From a bacterium (lineage in GTDB: Bacteria > SM23-31): a stretch of DNA of 64,000 nt. Below the pieces are notes generated by a model. That model saw only the letters and a program-made list of their open reading frames with translations, had not been told where the DNA came from and searched no databases. Position 1 is the stretch's first letter; each line of letters starts with the position of its first letter. Positions 59,167 to 64,000 of this stretch are shown here, piece by piece. The position numbers were made by a program, and so were the translations under genes. The stretch spans positions 2,208,001 through 2,272,000 of the forward strand of contig OZ252239.1 in the NCBI GenBank assembly GCA_965249485.1, in the 5' to 3' direction.

Positions 59167-60582
59167 ATGGTTCTCACTGAAACAGTTGAAAATAATCAAA
59201 AAGTTGATTACATCCGTGGATTTGAACGTCTCAAAGATACGGTAGCTCAACTATTTAGTGATATATTCTCAGGAAAGCATACGGCTCAAACTGACCGTCT
59301 GTTGCGCTTTGAATTGGAAATAGATTCTTTAGATTTACTTGCCTGGCTTCGGGATCAGAAAAATCCGAATAAAGTATATTGGTCAGGTAGAGAGCACGAT
59401 TTAGAGATGGCAGGAATTGGCGCAGCGGATATTGTATCCGACACGGCAGGGATCGATTTTTCTGTCATAATAAGCCGGCTGCAGAAATATTTGCCTGGTG
59501 ATAACGATGCCATTAGATACTACGGTGGTACCCGGTTCAGCGAAATTAATGTACATGATAATATCTGGGATAAGCTTGGTTCGCACTGGTTTTGTGTTCC
59601 CCGATTTGAAATAGTCAAGCGAAATAATACTGTATTTTGTGCATGTAATGTGTTATTGCCAGAAAGGAGATTAAATTCTCAACTGCGGGACTCAATACTG
59701 CTGGAATTTGATCATCTGATATTTGGCTCTTCTGACAAATTGTCTAATTCCAATCAAGTTGTAAATCGAATCGATTTTCCGGACAAATCGACGTGGAATA
59801 ATAATGTGCTGCAGGCACTCGAAACTATTTCCGATAATATACTTGGTAAAGTTGTCCTTTCCCGAAAATCCACAATAGAATTTTCGGATTCTGTTAATGC
59901 GGTTGCGCTGCTGCAGAAGTTGAAACTGGTTAATCCCGACTCATTTCATTTTTATATTCAGCCTTTGCATGACTTTGCTTTTCTCGGTGGATCGCCTGAA
60001 CGTCTTTACCGGAGAGATAAAAGACTGGTGTACAGTGAAGCAATGGCAGGCACGCGCATTCGCGGATTTGACGAAGAGGATGACCGAAAACTGGAAAGAG
60101 AACTCCTGACGAGCGAAAAAGATTTACGTGAGCATAGCTTTGTCCATCAGGCCGTCAAGCAAGCACTAGAACAATTTTGTCACTCTGTTGAATCGACAGG
60201 TGGTTTGAAAGTAATAAAGCTTGCCCGGATTCAGCACCTGTACAGCAGTTTTCTTGCAACATTATCTAATGGTGTATCCGAGGCAGAAATTCTTTCTTCA
60301 CTCCATCCAACACCTGCAGTAGCTGGAGTACCTACCGATATAGCGCTCAGAAAACTTTGGGAAAAAGAGTCATTTGACCGTGGGTGGTATGCCGGCCCGA
60401 TCGGATGGGTTGGATCAAATCATACCGAATTTGCCGTCGCAATCCGTTCCGGATTAGTGCATAATAATTCATTGACCCTGTTTTCCGGTGCTGGAATCGT
60501 AACCGGATCAGAACCGCTGGAAGAATGGGAAGAAATAGAAAACAAGATAAATAACTTTCTTAAAATCCTCAACGGCGCATGA
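59167..60582 (+). CDS. menF: Isochorismate synthase
   Basis: KVVLSR, SPERL, EAMAGT, K..REH, QHL, LHPTPAV, RGWYAG, AGAGI. Confidence 0.92.
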   Translation: MVLTETVENNQKVDYIRGFERLKDTVAQLFSDIFSGKHTAQTDRLLRFELEIDSLDLLAWLRDQKNPNKVYWSGREHDLEMAGIGAADIVSDTAGIDFSVIISRLQKYLPGDNDAIRYYGGTRFSEINVHDNIWDKLGSHWFCVPRFEIVKRNNTVFCACNVLLPERRLNSQLRDSILLEFDHLIFGSSDKLSNSNQVVNRIDFPDKSTWNNNVLQALETISDNILGKVVLSRKSTIEFSDSVNAVALLQKLKLVNPDSFHFYIQPLHDFAFLGGSPERLYRRDKRLVYSEAMAGTRIRGFDEEDDRKLERELLTSEKDLREHSFVHQAVKQALEQFCHSVESTGGLKVIKLARIQHLYSSFLATLSNGVSEAEILSSLHPTPAVAGVPTDIALRKLWEKESFDRGWYAGPIGWVGSNHTEFAVAIRSGLVHNNSLTLFSGAGIVTGSEPLEEWEEIENKINNFLKILNGA

Positions 60583-62333
60583 CCCTTAATGCACCCAACA
60601 TTAATTCTCTCTGGTGTAATCTGATTATCGATGAGCTTGCCAGAAACGGCATATCCTATTATTGTATTTCACCGGGTTCACGTTCATCACCACTTGTCGT
60701 AGCTGCAGCACACAACGCAAAAGCAAAAAAAACAATCTGTTATGACGAGCGAGGAGCTGCCTATCACGCCTTGGGATACGCGCGAGCAACGGGGAATCCA
60801 GCAGTTGTAATTTCAACCTCAGGAACAGCGGCAGCAAACTATTATCCTGCAATTATTGAGGCTTCGCAAGATTGTGTGTCGTTAATTGTCCTGACGGCAG
60901 ACCGGCCGCCCGAACTGCGCAATACTGGAGCGAATCAAACGATCGATCAGGTTCATCTTTATGGTTCGTATGTCCGTTTGCATATTGATATGCCTTGCCC
61001 TGATGAGAAAATTGCACCGGAAGCAGTTTTGACAACCATAGATCAGGCAGTGTTTCATACGTTGAACACTCCTCAGGGGCCTGTCCACATGAATTGTATG
61101 TTCCGCGAACCTCTTGCACCTTTACAGGAAACAATTTCCGGCTCTTATAGTAATTCAATACAGGATTGGCTGAATAACGAAAAGCCATATACCAGCTACG
61201 GTGCTAGTGTTGTGTCTGTAAAACAGTCTGAAATAGAATCTGTTTCGGAAATTCTTTCTACGTCAAAAAGACCTCTTTGCCTCGTTGGCAGATTGCGGAC
61301 AGATAGTGAACGTAATACAGTTATGGAATTTGCCCGTAAACTGCACGTACCTCTCTTTGCTGATATTACTTCCGAGTTGCGACTTTCATCGAACAAATTA
61401 CTAATTCGATATTATGATCGGATGCTCCTGTCTGAAATATTCCGTGATAAGTATGTACCCGATACAATCATTCATATTGGAAGCCAACCTGTTTCAAAGA
61501 ATATTCTCCAACTAATAGAGACAAACCTGATAGAAAATTATATCATCGTAAAAGATCATGCATATCGGCACGATCCGACACACAAAGCCACGTTTAGAAT
61601 TACTTCCTCGGTCGAAGCATTTTGTGAACAACTGGAGTCAATGTCAAGTAAAAACAGTGATGATGATTGGTACAGTAATCTCAACTCGCTATCGCAAAAA
61701 GCCGAATTCGCAATCGAGCGGATTTTGTCTCATAATGATATGGTTACAGAACCTGGTGTTGCACGATATTTGTCTGAAAATGTCCCTGGACACTGCGGTC
61801 TTTTTCTGGGGAGCAGCATGCCCATACGGGATATGGATATGTTTGGAGGGATTAACGGATTTCCAATAAGTGTAGGCGCAAACAGAGGCGCCAGCGGTAT
61901 TGACGGAACACTTTCCTCTGCAATGGGATTTGCTGAAGGCCTGAAAAAAAACGTAACACTTCTTACCGGTGACATTGCATTTTTCCACGATATGAATGCT
62001 CTTGTACATTTGAACCGTTTATCTCAGCAGCTTATTATTGTTGTAATTAATAATAACGGTGGAGGAATCTTTTCATTTCTACCGATTGCCAATTATCCTG
62101 ATGTATTTGATGAATATTTTGGCACTCCTCATAATACCACTTTTAAATCTGTGGCTGAACAATTTGAATGTGCTTATTATAATCCGAAATCAATGTCACA
62201 ATTTGATTCAGACTACCAAGCTTTACTGAAATCCAAAGAGTCCGGTATCATTGAAGTTCAAACGGATCGTATAAAAAACCGGACACTCCACAGTAAACTT
62301 AACAAAGCTATTGTAAAAGAAATGGAAAAATGA
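60579..62333 (+). CDS. menD: SEPHCHC synthase
   Basis: SPGSRSSPL, DERGAAY, TSGTA, TADRP, NQTIDQ, SMPIRD, NRGASGIDG, GD...NNNGG. Confidence 0.96.
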   Translation: MTLNAPNINSLWCNLIIDELARNGISYYCISPGSRSSPLVVAAAHNAKAKKTICYDERGAAYHALGYARATGNPAVVISTSGTAAANYYPAIIEASQDCVSLIVLTADRPPELRNTGANQTIDQVHLYGSYVRLHIDMPCPDEKIAPEAVLTTIDQAVFHTLNTPQGPVHMNCMFREPLAPLQETISGSYSNSIQDWLNNEKPYTSYGASVVSVKQSEIESVSEILSTSKRPLCLVGRLRTDSERNTVMEFARKLHVPLFADITSELRLSSNKLLIRYYDRMLLSEIFRDKYVPDTIIHIGSQPVSKNILQLIETNLIENYIIVKDHAYRHDPTHKATFRITSSVEAFCEQLESMSSKNSDDDWYSNLNSLSQKAEFAIERILSHNDMVTEPGVARYLSENVPGHCGLFLGSSMPIRDMDMFGGINGFPISVGANRGASGIDGTLSSAMGFAEGLKKNVTLLTGDIAFFHDMNALVHLNRLSQQLIIVVINNNGGGIFSFLPIANYPDVFDEYFGTPHNTTFKSVAEQFECAYYNPKSMSQFDSDYQALLKSKESGIIEVQTDRIKNRTLHSKLNKAIVKEMEK

Positions 62334-62336
62334 TTC

Positions 62337-63161
62337 ATGTATGATGTAGGGAATAATGCACTTCTCTCATACGAGCTGCATGGTGATGAGAATCTTCCGG
62401 TTTTACTGATGCTGCACGGATTTATAGGATCTTCTCAGGAGTGGTCAAGCTGTATTCGATATATACAAGCAGAATGCAGATGTCTTGTGATCGATATGCC
62501 GGGGCATGGGAAATCTGTTGATTTACCTGATGAGTCATGGTATACGTTCGACATGACGACCAAATTAATTCTTAACCTGCTTAAGAAACTGCATATAAAC
62601 AAGTGCTCAATTCTTGGTTATTCTATGGGTGGACGGATTGCACTTAATCTGGTCTTACGAAATCCGCAATTTTTTAATAAAGCGATAATTGAGTCGGCAA
62701 CTCCCGGATTGAAGTCAGACAAAGAAAGATCAGATCGATTGTATGCTGATAGTAAATGTTTGGAGCTATTAAGAACAGAAAACATATCGCAATTTCTTGA
62801 AACATGGTATAATCAGCCGCTTTTCCAGACACTTCAAGAGCATCCGGACTATCACTATATGTTGGAGCGGCGTAAACAAAACAATCCGGAAGAATTAGCT
62901 AAAGCGCTATGCGGTTTAAGTGTGGGATTGCAGACTCAACTTTGGGATAGAATTTCAACATGTTCTGTACCGACAGTAATGCTTGCGGGAGAGTATGACA
63001 GTAAGTATGTGAAAATTGCACAGGAAATGGAAAAGCTAAGTGGAGTGATAACGGCTAAAATCATAGAGAAAAGCGGTCACTGTATACATTGTGAAAATCC
63101 TGATGTGTTTCAGGAAGAAGTGAGCAATTTTTTGTATGCTTCAAAGGAGGATAATCAATGA
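62337..63161 (+). CDS. menH: SHCHC synthase (alpha/beta hydrolase)
   Basis: LHGFIG, GYSMGGR, WY.QPLF, GEYDSK, GH; located between menD and menB. Confidence 0.9.
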   Translation: MYDVGNNALLSYELHGDENLPVLLMLHGFIGSSQEWSSCIRYIQAECRCLVIDMPGHGKSVDLPDESWYTFDMTTKLILNLLKKLHINKCSILGYSMGGRIALNLVLRNPQFFNKAIIESATPGLKSDKERSDRLYADSKCLELLRTENISQFLETWYNQPLFQTLQEHPDYHYMLERRKQNNPEELAKALCGLSVGLQTQLWDRISTCSVPTVMLAGEYDSKYVKIAQEMEKLSGVITAKIIEKSGHCIHCENPDVFQEEVSNFLYASKEDNQ

Positions 63162-63979
63162 ATTCTATGGATTGGAAACAGGCAGGAACTTTCGAAGATA
63201 TTTTCTATCATAAATATGGAGGAATTGCAAAAATAACCATCAACCGACCTGAGGTCCGGAACGCATTCCGTCCGAAAACAGTGTTCGAGATGTCCGATGC
63301 TCTCTTTGATGCTCGTGTCGATAGTTCCATTGGAGTTATCATATTAACGGGAGAGGGCGACAAGGCTTTTTGTTCCGGGGGGGATCAGAAAATCCGAGGA
63401 GAAGCCGGATATAAAGATGAAAAAGGTATACACCACCTTAATGTGCTTGATTTTCAACGGCAGATTAGGACCTGCCCAAAACCGGTTATAGCAATGGTTG
63501 CAGGATATGCAATAGGCGGAGGACATGTTCTCCATTTATTGTGTGATTTGACTATTGCGGCTGATAATGCAGTGTTAGGACAGACCGGGCCGAAAGTCGG
63601 GTCGTTTGATGGTGGTTACGGAGCAAGCTATTTGGCTCGTGTTGTCGGGCAAAAAAAGGCACGTGAAATCTGGTTTTTGTGCAGACAATACAATGCGCAG
63701 CAAGCACTGGATATGGGCCTGGTTAATTTAGTAGTTCCACTGGAGCAACTTGAAGCAGAAACACTTTCCTGGTGTGAAGAAATACTGCAAAATTCTCCGA
63801 TGGCCATCAGGTGCCTGAAAGCTGGCCTTAATGCAGATTGTGATGGACAAGCAGGATTACAGGAACTGTCCGGAAATGCTACAATGCTGTTTTATATGTC
63901 AGCGGAAGGACAGGAAGGACGAAATGCATTTAATGAAAAACGAAAACCCGATTTTTCAAGATTTCCACGGTACCCGTAA
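63158..63979 (+). CDS. menB: 1,4-dihydroxy-2-naphthoyl-CoA synthase
   Basis: [35 protein letters not shown]. Confidence 0.97.
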   Translation: MNSMDWKQAGTFEDIFYHKYGGIAKITINRPEVRNAFRPKTVFEMSDALFDARVDSSIGVIILTGEGDKAFCSGGDQKIRGEAGYKDEKGIHHLNVLDFQRQIRTCPKPVIAMVAGYAIGGGHVLHLLCDLTIAADNAVLGQTGPKVGSFDGGYGASYLARVVGQKKAREIWFLCRQYNAQQALDMGLVNLVVPLEQLEAETLSWCEEILQNSPMAIRCLKAGLNADCDGQAGLQELSGNATMLFYMSAEGQEGRNAFNEKRKPDFSRFPRYP

Positions 63980-64000
63980 TTAGAGTGAATAATAATTGGG

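Overview
Bacterial chromosomal window, AT-rich, with Shine-Dalgarno-led genes. The gene content (TPR/TonB envelope locus, M28 glutaminyl-cyclase-like gene, many secreted hydrolases) suggests a diderm FCB-group candidate lineage; this is inference only. 1-17 kb is core: TPR protein, OM beta-barrel, exbB-exbD-tonB, TPR, holB, ricT-like PSP1 gene, split metG, secD, secF, M28 glutaminyl-cyclase-like gene, a C-N hydrolase and a bactofilin. 17-19.2 kb holds an ORFan, a frameshifted small gene and tRNA-Gln(CTG)/tRNA-Glu(CTC). 19.8-31 kb is a co-oriented array of mostly secreted hydrolase genes whose spacers carry degenerate copies of one ~180-200 bp element. 31.3-48.9 kb is a deoxyhexose (L-fucose-type) utilisation locus ending in an araB remnant. 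49-57.6 kb has DUF885, a BNR/VPS10-like protein, a TolB-like propeller and a very divergent fused E1 alpha/beta ThDP enzyme. 58.3-64 kb is the classical menaquinone cluster (menG, menF, menD, menH, menB). No CRISPR array, rRNA, integrase or transposase was seen. The most notable items are the repeated spacer element in the post-tRNA array and the secDF-QC arrangement with Gln at +1 of all ten SPI-type secreted proteins read. Also notable are a candidate RhaK-type parallel sugar pathway, a nitrilase lacking its catalytic Glu, and the divergent E1. All family calls come from motif recognition by eye; no searches were run.
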